Positions 1 to 10,745 of a stretch of DNA of 64,000 nucleotides are shown here, piece after piece. The stretch is taken from the NCBI GenBank assembly GCA_937625935.1, contig OW569372.1, positions 248,001 to 312,000 of the forward strand. Direction: 5' to 3'. The translations under genes were made by a program, and so were the position numbers. The number at the start of each line of letters is the position of its first letter. Position 1 is the stretch's first letter. The notes beneath the pieces were generated by a model, which had not been told where the DNA came from, made no database searches, and saw only the letters and a list, made by a program, of their open reading frames with translations. This stretch comes from Tetramitus jugosus (taxonomy: Eukaryota; Protista; Heterolobosea).

Positions 1-663
1 AATCTGACAAACCTGGGATACGATGAAAGTAAACTACTGGCTATTCTAGACGAGGTCAATACAAAATCAGCTTCGATTGGAGGACAGTATTTAGAATTGG
101 ACAATATTACTCTACTAATACCGTCCGATGCTCCATACAACACTGATCAAGTGTTCTTTGAAGATAGGAAGACTGCAATTTTGGACGGAATCGCACTGAG
201 AGATGCGACACTACTCAAAGCAGAGATTATCAGAATTAACATTGATAAGTCAAACAGCTCTCTCTTAGCAATATCTCGTAGTGTCAACAGCATAAACACG
301 ACTCTCCACGATGATACTGGTCCTAATCAAATCAGAAGGGGAATCAATTCGCTCGGAGAAGTATTCAAGGCTCTGCAAGTGGCAATAGGCAACGCATTTA
401 CTTCCTTTTATAACCTAATATCGTCGAAACTTAATGACATCCTGGCTTTGACCAAGTGTGATCATGTAAGCCACTTTTACTCTGCTAGTAAGAAACATGT
501 GTGCCAAGGAATTAGTCCCTCATCGGGTATCATCGCTATATCTTGCTTCTTACTTTCCGTAGTTGGTCTTGTTTGGTTCTGTTTCATTCTTCCTCTCACG
601 AAGAAAATTGGAAATGCAACTGCAGAGAACTCAATTGACAGAGAGTTATCAGAAAGGTACTAA
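1..663 (+). CDS. 3' part of a membrane protein, possibly prominin/tweety-like (5' truncated by the window)
   Basis: Frame is open from base 1. It encodes a helical ectodomain with several N-x-S/T sites, then C-x6-Y-x7-C and a terminal TM helix (IIAISCFLLSVVGLVWFCFIL), resembling the prominin C-terminus. Confidence 0.45.
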   Translation, partial: NLTNLGYDESKLLAILDEVNTKSASIGGQYLELDNITLLIPSDAPYNTDQVFFEDRKTAILDGIALRDATLLKAEIIRINIDKSNSSLLAISRSVNSINTTLHDDTGPNQIRRGINSLGEVFKALQVAIGNAFTSFYNLISSKLNDILALTKCDHVSHFYSASKKHVCQGISPSSGIIAISCFLLSVVGLVWFCFILPLTKKIGNATAENSIDRELSERY

Positions 664-973
664 AAAACCAAAAGTTTTTGGACGAATAAAGTGTTTTCGA
701 CCAAAAATGTTTTTTGTGTTTTGACACCCACACTACAATTCGACGATTGACATTCTGCGAGATAGATTTCGAGAAGCTGGAATTAGTGGTGTCCTTCATT
801 TTGTTTGAGTTGAAAGGTTGAAATGATGATTGTGCTTCATGAACGAAGCTTTGTAAAATAGGGACATCTGAAGAATATGGGAAGATGATACAAATCTGAT
901 ATCAACCAACTCTTTTTGTGTGCCACAACAAAAAACTGGACATGATCTCACGGTGAGAACAGAAACACACAAA

Positions 974-2056
974 ATGAGCGAACAAACAATGTCATTCTCA
1001 CAAAACTATCATCGGCCTCATCTTGGCATGAACCGCTACAACAACCACATTGAAATTATGTCAAACGACGAGTCAACACCACCACCACTGATTCACAACA
1101 GCATCACAACAATGACTGTCGACGATGATCAACAAGAAGAACAGTTGGAAAAACAAAGACGCTATCAAAGTCTCCATCATCACCATCGGCCTCACTATGC
1201 AACCTCTTCATCATCACCAATCACCGAACATGATCACAACAACAACACACAGAATCAAACAAACACAACAACAACAATAGGAACAGAAGGAACAACTCCC
1301 TCTACAACAATTGTTGTCAATGAATCAACACAACAAAAGAAAAAGAACAACGTAACAACAGTCACAACAGTTTCTCCTGATGAAGTGCAGATTGATGTCG
1401 TTCCTGGTGCTCCTACAGGAGCTGCCAATTCGACGATGCAACCTGCCAGTTTTTGGAGCATGTTTTATTCTCCCATTTCGTATCTTTTTGGCGGGAATAA
1501 TACTCCTGCGATCGCACAGGATGCCTCTGCACAGCAGAGCTCTGTTGAAGAAGAAACGAGAAAACAGAAACAAGAACGGTTGATCCGTGATGGCAATCAA
1601 AAAGGTGGAAGTGACTCCGCCGTAGTGATAAAGCGGAGAAAAGGAAACTCCTACACTCACTGGATATCTGATATTATGCAGCGGTTTGGGACAGATGCAA
1701 GCAAGACGGTGACAGATGCGTTCAAGGAGCCATTAGAGCTGTTGGCAAGGTCTCCCGTGCTCAGAACAGGTGAAGTGCTCGTTGTTCACAGTGTTGATTT
1801 TGATAGTCTGAGACTAGATCGACTGTTCAAGTACATGGGACTGTTTGTCTTCTTTCTCCAGTTTTCAAAAATGTTTCTGCACAGATTGTTCCTGAGGAGG
1901 AGTGGTTTGAGGGCAATTACCAGTCATCCATCTTCACATGATCAGCTCATGCACAAGCCAGTTGTTGCTGCTATTACTGCTGCACCATCGACAAGCAGTC
2001 GTCAACCTGTTGCACAGCAGACTGAGGCAAAACGTAGCTGGAGAAGAAGAAAATGA
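974..2056 (+). CDS. Hypothetical protein with low-complexity N-terminus and a hydrophobic segment near the C-terminus
   Basis: Long ORF; first ATG at 974 in an AAAATG context. T/Q/H-rich N-half and hydrophobic YMGLFVFFLQF. Confidence 0.6.
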   Translation: MSEQTMSFSQNYHRPHLGMNRYNNHIEIMSNDESTPPPLIHNSITTMTVDDDQQEEQLEKQRRYQSLHHHHRPHYATSSSSPITEHDHNNNTQNQTNTTTTIGTEGTTPSTTIVVNESTQQKKKNNVTTVTTVSPDEVQIDVVPGAPTGAANSTMQPASFWSMFYSPISYLFGGNNTPAIAQDASAQQSSVEEETRKQKQERLIRDGNQKGGSDSAVVIKRRKGNSYTHWISDIMQRFGTDASKTVTDAFKEPLELLARSPVLRTGEVLVVHSVDFDSLRLDRLFKYMGLFVFFLQFSKMFLHRLFLRRSGLRAITSHPSSHDQLMHKPVVAAITAAPSTSSRQPVAQQTEAKRSWRRRK

Positions 2057-2135
2057 GAGAATTGTTGTACAGTGTATTAAACTTACTTTTTTGTACACTG
2101 TAGTGAACTTGAACGATTACACTGATACACATAAT

Positions 2136-2735
2136 TTATTTAGTAGAGCTAGGGAATTGTTGATTCTCAGGGTTAGTATTGAACAATTAACGGTTGACAC
2201 AAGTAGAAATGTTTGCAACATACTTCATCATCTTAACAAACTCTTCATAGTTGATTTGACCATCACCATCGGTGTCAGCTTCGCTGATCATTTCATTCAC
2301 TTCTTCTTCAGTCAGTTTTTCCCCCAAGTTTGTCATCACGTGTCTCAATTCACTGGCATCAATGAAGCCGTTGCCATCCTTATCAAACACCTTGAACGCT
2401 TCTCTAATTTCTTCTTCAGAGTCAGAGCTCTTCATCTTTCTAGCCATCAAGCTCAAGAATTCCTATAGATTATAAATGACTGTACGATAAGCAATGTCTC
2501 TTACAACGACATATTCGATCTGAACAGAATTACATACATTGAAGTCAATCTCTCCGTTCCCATCGCTGTCCACTTCATTGATCATATCTTGGAGCTCCAT
2601 TTCGGTTGGGTTTTGACCGAGTGACTTCATTACGATCCCTAGTTCGATTGTCGTAATTGTTCCATCACCATCCTTGTCGAAGAGTGCAAAAGCTTCCTTA
2701 AACTCAGCAATTTGTTCTTGGCTTAGCTCATCCAT
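2136..2735 (-). CDS. CALM: Calmodulin (149 aa, 3 exons: 2735-2538, 2462-2224, 2148-2136)
   Basis: Four canonical EF-hands. Introns 2537-2463 and 2223-2149 are both GTATGT...TAG, the second with TACTAAC. Spliced CDS is 450 nt and ends MMNSTK*. Confidence 0.93.
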
Positions 2736-2872
2736 GTTGTGGTCTCTGACTATGATCGATTGATCTTTACTATTTTTCGTTTGCGACTACTGGAAGAAAC
2801 GAACATTGAACAGTTCTGGTATTGAGCAAAATCGTAAGAAGAGGCGGTCAAATTTTAAAAAACCGTTCATTT

Positions 2873-4288
2873 CTACGACACTTGGCGGTTCGGTTCAATT
2901 TTGTCCAACAGCTGTAGTACTTGCGTGTACATCTTTCGAAGAGTGTCAGGAGTGTTGTGGTTTGAGATGAGCTTGGGTGCTTCGATTTTTCTTTCAAAGT
3001 GCGTTGCCTGATAGTTGGCATAGTACTTGTGCTCCGGTATATCATCGGGTAGCTGTACACCACAGAGGGCAGCCATCACTGAGGCCCAACAAATACTTGT
3101 TGAACAATTGTCGTATCCTCCTCCGCCAAGCACCAACATTTTGTTCAAGTTTGGATATCTGGTCTTATCAATCAAGAATGCCTTCAACATTTTTGCTAGA
3201 TTTTCAACGAGTTGCAGGGAAAGATTAGCGTGGCCAAGTTTGTCTCGGGCCAGCAGATCTGCACCACATGTCCATACAATGCAATCTGGTTGATAAGAAT
3301 CGATTGTCTTACGCACAACTCCTCTGAATAATTGAAAGTACTGGGAGTCTTCAATTCCTTCTGCAAATGGTACATTGATACAGTGATAGAGACCCTTGGA
3401 TTGTGTCAATCCATACTCATTTACTGTTCCTGTACCAGGATACAATCCTTGTCCATATTCGTGAAATGAAAGTGTCAAGACCTTGTCCGTGTGGTAGAAT
3501 GCAGATTGAACACCATCGTGATGGTGAACGTCGGTGTCAATACAGAGGACTCGTTTGTGATTTTTGAGTAATTCCAATGTACTGATCACAACATCGTTAA
3601 TGTAACAGAATCCAGAAGCCTTTGATCGAAAACAGTGATGTCTTCCACCTTCCCATGCAAATGCAATCACTGGCTCCCCCGCAAACGACTCACAAGAATT
3701 CAACAACCTGGCACCTGTCAACGATCCACCAGCAATAGCTTTACAATACTGCATCATATTGGGAAACGGTTCCGTATCATCAACCAGGCCATACTCTTGC
3801 TGGAGCTGTTCTATCTCATCCTTTGCTTTCATCTGGTGATCAGTTTCTTGTTCGTCATCATTCGAACTTTGAGTATTCTCCTTTCCGTCGTCAGCTCGAC
3901 TCGTACTCACCAATAAACTTTCTCCTGCTCTATTCGTACACCACTCACTAATCTTGCACAGAGCATCCAGATAGGCCTTGCTATGAAAGGTGCGGAGTTG
4001 GTCCATGGTGGCCTCTTCTGGTGCAACAAGCTTGACATTGGCTAATTTGTGGATGCCATAGGATTGGATCAAAGAATGAACCATGAATGATCGACTATTC
4101 TCCTGCTGTTCTTCCACATCGACACAATGATCAAACTTGTGAATGGTACCGGAGGGCAATAAAGCTCCATTTTTCATATACTCATCAGAATACACATAGA
4201 AACATGATGCATCAACCGAGGGCTGGTGATACTGTTTGGGTTTCTTGAAAGAGGCATCAAGGACAGCGTCGTTCCGACTTCGTTTCAT
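2873..4288 (-). CDS. Class I histone deacetylase (HDAC8-like)
   Basis: GGRHH, SGFCYIND, DTDVHHHDG, CGAD and GGGGY motifs. ATG at 4288 (MKRSRND); the ORF-track extension to 4423 is a TTG start reading through the tRNA. Confidence 0.9.
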   Translation of the reverse strand: MKRSRNDAVLDASFKKPKQYHQPSVDASCFYVYSDEYMKNGALLPSGTIHKFDHCVDVEEQQENSRSFMVHSLIQSYGIHKLANVKLVAPEEATMDQLRTFHSKAYLDALCKISEWCTNRAGESLLVSTSRADDGKENTQSSNDDEQETDHQMKAKDEIEQLQQEYGLVDDTEPFPNMMQYCKAIAGGSLTGARLLNSCESFAGEPVIAFAWEGGRHHCFRSKASGFCYINDVVISTLELLKNHKRVLCIDTDVHHHDGVQSAFYHTDKVLTLSFHEYGQGLYPGTGTVNEYGLTQSKGLYHCINVPFAEGIEDSQYFQLFRGVVRKTIDSYQPDCIVWTCGADLLARDKLGHANLSLQLVENLAKMLKAFLIDKTRYPNLNKMLVLGGGGYDNCSTSICWASVMAALCGVQLPDDIPEHKYYANYQATHFERKIEAPKLISNHNTPDTLRKMYTQVLQLLDKIEPNRQVS

Positions 4289-4314
4289 TGTTGTTGGGTG
4301 GCAAGAGAGGACGC

Positions 4315-4324
4315 AAAACAAAAA
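4315..4324 (-). terminator. RNA polymerase III oligo-T terminator of tRNA-Asp
   Basis: TTTTTGTTTT beginning 4 nt downstream of the tRNA 3' end. Confidence 0.7.
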
Positions 4325-4327
4325 GAT

Positions 4328-4398
4328 CTCGAGCACCGGGAATCGAACCCGGGTCGCCAGAGTGACAGTCTGGAATGCTACCCCTATACCATGCCCGA
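4328..4398 (-). tRNA. trnD: tRNA-Asp (GTC)
   Basis: Acceptor stem TCGGGCA/TGCTCGA plus discriminator G; anticodon arm CCAGA-CT-GTC-AC-TCTGG; T arm CCGGG-TTCGATT-CCCGG. One A-C mismatch in the D stem. Confidence 0.95.
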
Positions 4399-4600
4399 TT
4401 GATACTTCTCTATGAAATCGCAATTTGTCGCGCGTTGTGACGCTTCTTGAGTTATCATTGGTGGTTGTTTGTGCGTTGTGGTGTTCTTGGTGAATGTTTC
4501 TTGCTTTTTATCGTTATAATTTTCAATTTCTAGAATTTCGATGAAGTACTCGAAAACCGAAAATAACGTTTGTTGCTCTCCCTGACGAAAAACTCAGAAC

Positions 4601-5824
4601 ATGTCAGATGTTGTCTCTGGTGTTGCGAGTAGAGCTAAGAGCGTACCCACTAGAAGTTCTCGACTTGGTCTCCAAAAAACAATGTTGGAACCGTTACAAT
4701 GCCCGATGGAAGTTAGGTATTCTCCAGCGAGAAGATCTCGACCGACAACAACTCATTTGTCGTCTAGTTTAGATAGCATCAAAAGACTGCAACCTATGAA
4801 CAACAAATCCAACTCGTCTACACGCAGGAGACATCTTTCAAACTCTTCGGTCTTTTCCAGAAATCTTAAATCTTTATCTGACAGTGCGAAAGCACCAGAA
4901 GATCGAGATTCTGCTACGGTGAAGAGTAATTGGATTGAGCCGGTAGCAGTTTCGAAGAGGAGGTCGATTTGTCTGAGAGAGGATGACGACCGATGGAAGC
5001 GAGATAAAACTGAAAATCGAATTCTCAAGAAGCAATGTTTTGCTCACGTTGATTCCTCTGTTCTGCCAGAAGTTCCTCGACCACACCTATCTTCTTCTTT
5101 GAAATCATCCATTCCATTCTCCATTCGGTGCTTTAAGATTCAACAATTTATCAATCAATTAGAATACAATTATGTAGATCAATATTTTTTCAACACGAAG
5201 AAGAATCGTCCATTGTACAGTATATTGAACACAGCAAAGGAAATAACAAAGGAGTGTCTTCCGATTCGATGTATAGAAGGATGTTTCCTTGGTATTTTCT
5301 TTACTCAGAATATGCTAGATGTTGATCGATATCCAGTAATGTTCGCGAGCAAAATGCTAGGTAAAACTTACAAGTAAGTAGTGAACGTTGTTTGGTATCA
5401 TTCTTCGAAAATTAATCTCAACCCCCTCAGACATATTGTACTCATAGTTCACCATCAAGGTCTCTTTGGAGCGTTGGGGATGAGTCGAAAAACTGAGTTA
5501 GCATATAAACCGCTCGTGTTCCAGAGCATGTCGGCAGTACTGCTTGATTACAAGCAATGGTATGCAAATTACTATCATACATTGAAGAAAATTCGAATAG
5601 GGTTGCCGATTAATCATGACAGTCAAGATCGAGCTGTTCCCAACTGGTATTTTCTGACATTAACAAACGTTGCCAAGGAAGATTGGACATCTCTCAGTTC
5701 CAAAATCGATGAATATGTCCTTGAGTCAAAGAGAGCAGCAAACGACTATGTAAAATTACAAAAGCTATCAAGCAAATATCGACGGAAAGATGCTCAAATT
5801 ACAGAGGCTACCGGATCTGAATAA
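4601..5824 (+). CDS. VASH: Vasohibin-family tubulin detyrosinase (2 exons; intron 5374-5430)
   Basis: LPIRCIEG (catalytic Cys), HIVL (His) and GALGMSR motifs. A GTAAGT...CAG intron joins TYK to HIVL in frame. Confidence 0.9.
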
Positions 5825-5834
5825 TCAACTTTGT

Positions 5835-8134
5835 TTACTCCTTTGCTCGTTTTGATCTTCGTAAATATAACTTTGCATTAGATCCAGTCCTCTTGTTGGA
5901 TGTTTTATCGACATTCTGGGCATTGCTCAATACTCTGGGCGGTTTAAATGATGATTTAACGAGAGGAATATTATTATAACTTGCCCTAGATAACTCCTCT
6001 GATTCAACATGCGAATCCTGAGAGCACTGTGAAGCAGGTAAATAGAGAGATCCATACGAATCCTGAGAGTTGTATTGAAATACGTCCCTTTCATTTTCCT
6101 GCACTTGCTCATCCACCTGCTCATCGATCTTTTTCTGCTTCTTAATCATGCGTATGACTTCATGATCTCGTAAACACTCGGACAAAAATTGTCTGCTCAT
6201 ATTCTGGTCAATACCTTCCCATTGGATCCACTCTTTTCCTCGACGTCGTATCTGCGTCAAAAACGGAGATTGGTCGTGAAGTCTCACTGATTCTTTGTCA
6301 ATTTGCTGCGCTTTTGAGCATAGTAAGTACAAGGTTTGCTTTGCTCGAGTAATTCCAACATACAACAGCCGCCTCTCCTCTTCTCTGTTTTCATTACGCT
6401 CGTACGGTATTTGTCCTTCCACTAAATTAAATATGAATACGATGGGCCATTCTAAACCTTTGGAAGAGTGAAGAGTCGAAAAAGTCACTTTACAATCTTC
6501 TTGGGATGAGCTATCAGAGACAAAGTGAGCCATCTGATTAATTATATCCTTGATAGAAGTTATGTTTTCAGAGCTCAAATGTCGAATCAGGTTATAATAA
6601 CGTTCAATTTCTTCACCTGTGGCAGAGTCCAAGAAGTGCGATTCAGAAATCAGACTTTTCAGTACTGTGACCGGATTTTTGTCTAGCTTCTTCATTTGGA
6701 TAAGCGACTCCATCATCGAGCAATATTTTTCCAAAGAATCTTTCTCTTCGGCACAGACATATGTATCATTCATCGCAATATAATCTCTAATAGTGGCAAA
6801 TATCGAACATTTGTTTTTCATGTGACTACTTCCTATTTCTTTCAGTGCTTCCGAGCATATATCAATTTTGGACAAGTACAATGCTTCGAAAAATAGTTTG
6901 GAATTGGACGCGTCTTCCAATAGCTTTAAATGCGTTGACATGAACTTTACGTCTCTTGTCTCTGTAGTCTCCGTTTGACTTACCTTCCTTTGGAAGGGTA
7001 TGCCAAATTCTCGTAGTTCGCTCTCGAGTGCGTTTGAATGATACTTGCAGCGAAACAGTACAGCGATATCACTGTAGCGAACACCTGTCTGTTGCACTAA
7101 CCTGGCTATTTCACTCCTGATAAACCTCACTTGAGCAGAATCATCCACTGTTTCTTTTACAATTACATGTCCATGTGATGTTGCATTCGATTGTAAATTT
7201 CTTTGCTGTCCATCAGTTTCCATCAGACACATGGCTGTATTTAAAATCACTTCGTGACTTCGATAATTCTGGACTAAATTAACAACCAATGACTTTGGGT
7301 AATCACTCTTGAACATGGTAATATTACGGGATGACGCAGCTCTCCACATGAAAATATTCTGATCTGGATCTCCCACCACAAAGATCCGCTGATGTACCGA
7401 TGCTAAATGCTTTGCTATATCATATTGTACAAGATTCGTGTCCTGGAACTCGTCTACCAACAAGTACTCAATGCCAGATGAGATTTGCTTCCGCTTGTTC
7501 GCATCTCCTTCAAACAGTAACTTTGTTTCCAACAACAAATCATCAAAGTCAATCAAATCCGATTCTCGAAGATTCCTCTGATATAAATGAGCCACCTTTC
7601 TCATATCTGTCCGCTTGATACCTTGAAAGTCAAGATCACCATTGTTCTTACAGTTGGAAATAAGACCCAATATATCTCTGTCTTTTAATCCCTCTTCAAA
7701 CTCATAATTCTCCTTGGCTTTACCCATGATTCGAGTCTGCTCAGCAGTTGTAACCAGCGAATACGCTTGCCCTAAAATCTTGTGACACGCACTGTGAAAT
7801 GTACAAATTCGGCAACTTTTTGCCTCTGGGCACATCTTGTTTGCCCTGTCTCTCATTTCTTCAGCCTTTATGTCTGTTGTTTCAGTGATCCATCTCAAAC
7901 TCAACAAACAAAATGATAGCTACATACGGCCTTGACAGAAAAAGTGAGAGCCATGATTTTTTCAGGTGCCACACCCATTCTCTCAATCAAATAGGTGATT
8001 CTACCCGTGATCACAGATGTTTTACCAGTACCTGGACCCGCAATGATGCAACATTGATCTTTGTGTGTCGTCACAGCATCTCGCTGCTCCAAGTTTAATC
8101 CTCTGAGGTATTCATCAAGTCGTTTTGAAGTCAT
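5835..8134 (-). CDS. UvrD/PcrA/Srs2-type superfamily 1 DNA helicase (intron 7927-7866)
   Basis: LNLEQ Q-motif, AGPGTGKT, LVDEFQDTN, VVGDPDQ, QNYRS, STLHSSKGLEW and EERRLLYVGITRA. A GTATGT...AAG intron restores TFSVKA-AEEM. Confidence 0.92.
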
Positions 8135-8459
8135 TACACTGTACCAAGACAAAGAACACACAACAGCACTTGAAGCTTTTGACTCGTTTCTTTCAGATGT
8201 GACTTTGCTTTGAATGTTGTCATGATTTGAAGTTCGAGATTTTTGCAGAACAAAAAATGGGCGGGCTTTGAAGAACGGATCAGAATGATACAGTAATCAA
8301 TTCATTCATTTATTTTATGACGATTTACAAAGCAGAGTTGTCAATCTTAAAACGATCACTCTTCAAAAATGACGGACAACAATTTCTTCTTCGAGATGAT
8401 TCTCCAAGAATTGCTGAACAATTATAACACACAATAAAACACATACCCACACATGTGGA

Positions 8460-8975
8460 TTATTGCCGTTGTTGAGGTGGTGGAACAGCAGCACCACCAC
8501 TATTCAATGGCAATGGTGGGGCACCACCCATAAACGGTGGAGGAGCCATTCCTCTTGGTGGCATTTGTGAAAAAGGTCCTGAAGGTGGTGGACCACCACT
8601 ACCAGGAGCACCACCACCACCACCAAATGATGGTAATACTCCATAGGGAGGAGGAATCATTGTCATTGGTGGTGGAGCATTGCGTTGATTGTTCATTATT
8701 TGATGATGTGGATGATGCATCATTGGTGGTTGATGATGATGGTGATGAGGATGAGCATGGTGTGGTGGTTGTTGGTGATGTTGATGTTGTTGGTGTGGCA
8801 TGTTCATTGGTGATGGTGTTGTTGTTGTTGTCGTAGGAAAGGAATCAACAACAAATTGACCATAGTAAGCTTTTACGTTCGTTTTGTGTTTCCAACCGCC
8901 ATTGTGTAGTTTGCGGACGCTGGGTGAATCATGCGTTAGGTATACATCACAATAATCACAATAGTATTTGGGCAT
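8460..8975 (-). CDS. SNRPC: U1 snRNP protein C
   Basis: [31 protein letters not shown]1 zinc finger followed by a Pro/His/Met-rich tail. Confidence 0.95.
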   Translation of the reverse strand: MPKYYCDYCDVYLTHDSPSVRKLHNGGWKHKTNVKAYYGQFVVDSFPTTTTTTPSPMNMPHQQHQHHQQPPHHAHPHHHHHQPPMMHHPHHQIMNNQRNAPPPMTMIPPPYGVLPSFGGGGGAPGSGGPPPSGPFSQMPPRGMAPPPFMGGAPPLPLNSGGAAVPPPQQRQ

Positions 8976-9101
8976 CTCGTATGCTACGCGTACTATTGTC
9001 CGTAAATTTGATTTGAGTGATTATGTTTTTTGTTTTTTTCAAAGCTCTCTTCAATTTGATCGTTGAAGGTTTTGTTTATTGTGTGTATTGGGTGGAGGAA
9101 C

Positions 9102-10610
9102 TCACAGTGAACAGAGGCTCTCACTCAGGTGAGACTTTAGCCAATCCAGAGCGAGCAAGTTGTGCTTGAAGAGGTAACCCTTGGTTCCCAAGTGCATAGA
9201 GTACAAAATGTAAAGGATTTGATTCACAATAGTGGCACCGTAATTCGAGAAGAGAAACGAAGCATACAGGTCAACATAGTTACCGTCACCTGGGCTGCGA
9301 TCCACAAAATACAAGAGCACAAAGAACACCTTTAGAATTACATTATGCTTTTGCTTTTTCAAGCTTCGAGCTTCAATCGCTTCTCTAAAGTGTGTACCGG
9401 TACTACTCGACGTTTGCGCGCTCGGTGATTCGGGACTGATAATCATTGGTTCATCAGACTCTTGAACTGGCATTGTATCATTCTCCTTCCTCACATCATT
9501 CTCAAGATCTATTCTCTTCTGTTCACATCCCCTAATGGCAGAGAGCACGAGCTCATTCTGATTACAAGCAAGAAGATCGGAATAAGTTCGCATGGGATAA
9601 CAGCTCTGTGGATTCAAATGTAAGCTATACATGACTCTCTCCAGACTCGTAAACGTCGCAACATCCGTAATTCGTTCCGAATACGCCATGTTCAACCACA
9701 TTTGCTTCAATGTTTGCTCATAGGTCGTTGATTGATCGATTGGTAAGATGGGTGAAGCCCCTGTGTAATGATAACTCAATTTCATGCAATCAAAAATATC
9801 AAAAAGTTGCATCCATTGTTCGTACGACATGTGACTTCGGGCAGAGGTGTTTGGCAGTGCATACATTGGAATCATCTCAACTCTGCTCTTTTCCTTCCTG
9901 TCTGTTGTAAAATTCTTTGTCAATCGCGCCCACACATCGGTTCCAAAACGTGGGCGAATGTTGGTTCGAAACGTTCTGTAAATCATTTTGTTAGCAGGTG
10001 AATTAGGCTTCAAAATGAATTTGACATTATCCTTTGTCTTCAAAACTCGTTTGATGAGATCTATTCTGGCAGCCAGTTCTCGCTGTTGTAAGTTTTGTTG
10101 ATCTTGTTCACCGCTACTCTCATCTCTCATGACTCTTCTTTGGATGGGCATTACACTTGTCGATTGTCGCAAAGACAGGGACGATGGAGCGATTCTTCTC
10201 ATTCTTTGTCTCTCACCCTGTCTTTGCAACTCTTGCAACAACATTTCTCTTCCTGGTGTCCACGGGAATGTCATTAACGGTAGTGTCTCTGATGGTTCTG
10301 GTCTCTCTGTCGCTGGAGAATGATGAGCCCCTCTCAATTCATCTCCCAGCTGTTCTTCAATAAAGTCAATGTACTCGCTTGAGGTGCACACTTCCGTCTT
10401 GATACTCTCCCAAAGTTCAAACAACATGAAAACTGGCTTTGGCTTCTCATGACTCTTCTTCTTCTTGTGGTTGTGGTTGTAATCTTCCAATGCCGCCGTT
10501 GTTGTCTTATGGTTACTGGGAGATTCTTCAGTGCTGGGATGCGGTTGGCTGCTCGAACTATTGCTGTTGCCGCTGGTTTGGTCTTGGTTCTCTTGATGAT
10601 GATCTGTCAT
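9102..10610 (-). CDS. Hypothetical protein
   Basis: About 500 codons, first ATG at 10610, with a globular-looking C-terminal half. No motif recognised. Confidence 0.7.
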   Translation of the reverse strand: MTDHHQENQDQTSGNSNSSSSQPHPSTEESPSNHKTTTAALEDYNHNHKKKKSHEKPKPVFMLFELWESIKTEVCTSSEYIDFIEEQLGDELRGAHHSPATERPEPSETLPLMTFPWTPGREMLLQELQRQGERQRMRRIAPSSLSLRQSTSVMPIQRRVMRDESSGEQDQQNLQQRELAARIDLIKRVLKTKDNVKFILKPNSPANKMIYRTFRTNIRPRFGTDVWARLTKNFTTDRKEKSRVEMIPMYALPNTSARSHMSYEQWMQLFDIFDCMKLSYHYTGASPILPIDQSTTYEQTLKQMWLNMAYSERITDVATFTSLERVMYSLHLNPQSCYPMRTYSDLLACNQNELVLSAIRGCEQKRIDLENDVRKENDTMPVQESDEPMIISPESPSAQTSSSTGTHFREAIEARSLKKQKHNVILKVFFVLLYFVDRSPGDGNYVDLYASFLFSNYGATIVNQILYILYSMHLGTKGYLFKHNLLALDWLKSHLSESLCSL

Positions 10611-10745
10611 GTTCCGCAATTTGTTCTTTTTAGTGTGAAGAAACGTGACCTTGCTTGGACTCAACCGTGCACTTGAATGATTGCGAATGATCTCAGTCCT
10701 TGATAAATTTAGCGATTTATTTCTCCGCGGCAGTTTGGTTGTATT

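Noticed and set aside
1938-2468. 176-aa plus-strand ORF
   Set aside because: It is antisense to calmodulin and overlaps the previous gene's end, with no motif. The same applies to other antisense shadows such as 30315-31070 and 54120-54572.
4289-4423. N-terminal extension of the HDAC ORF
   Set aside because: It starts at TTG and simply reads through the tRNA-Asp gene.
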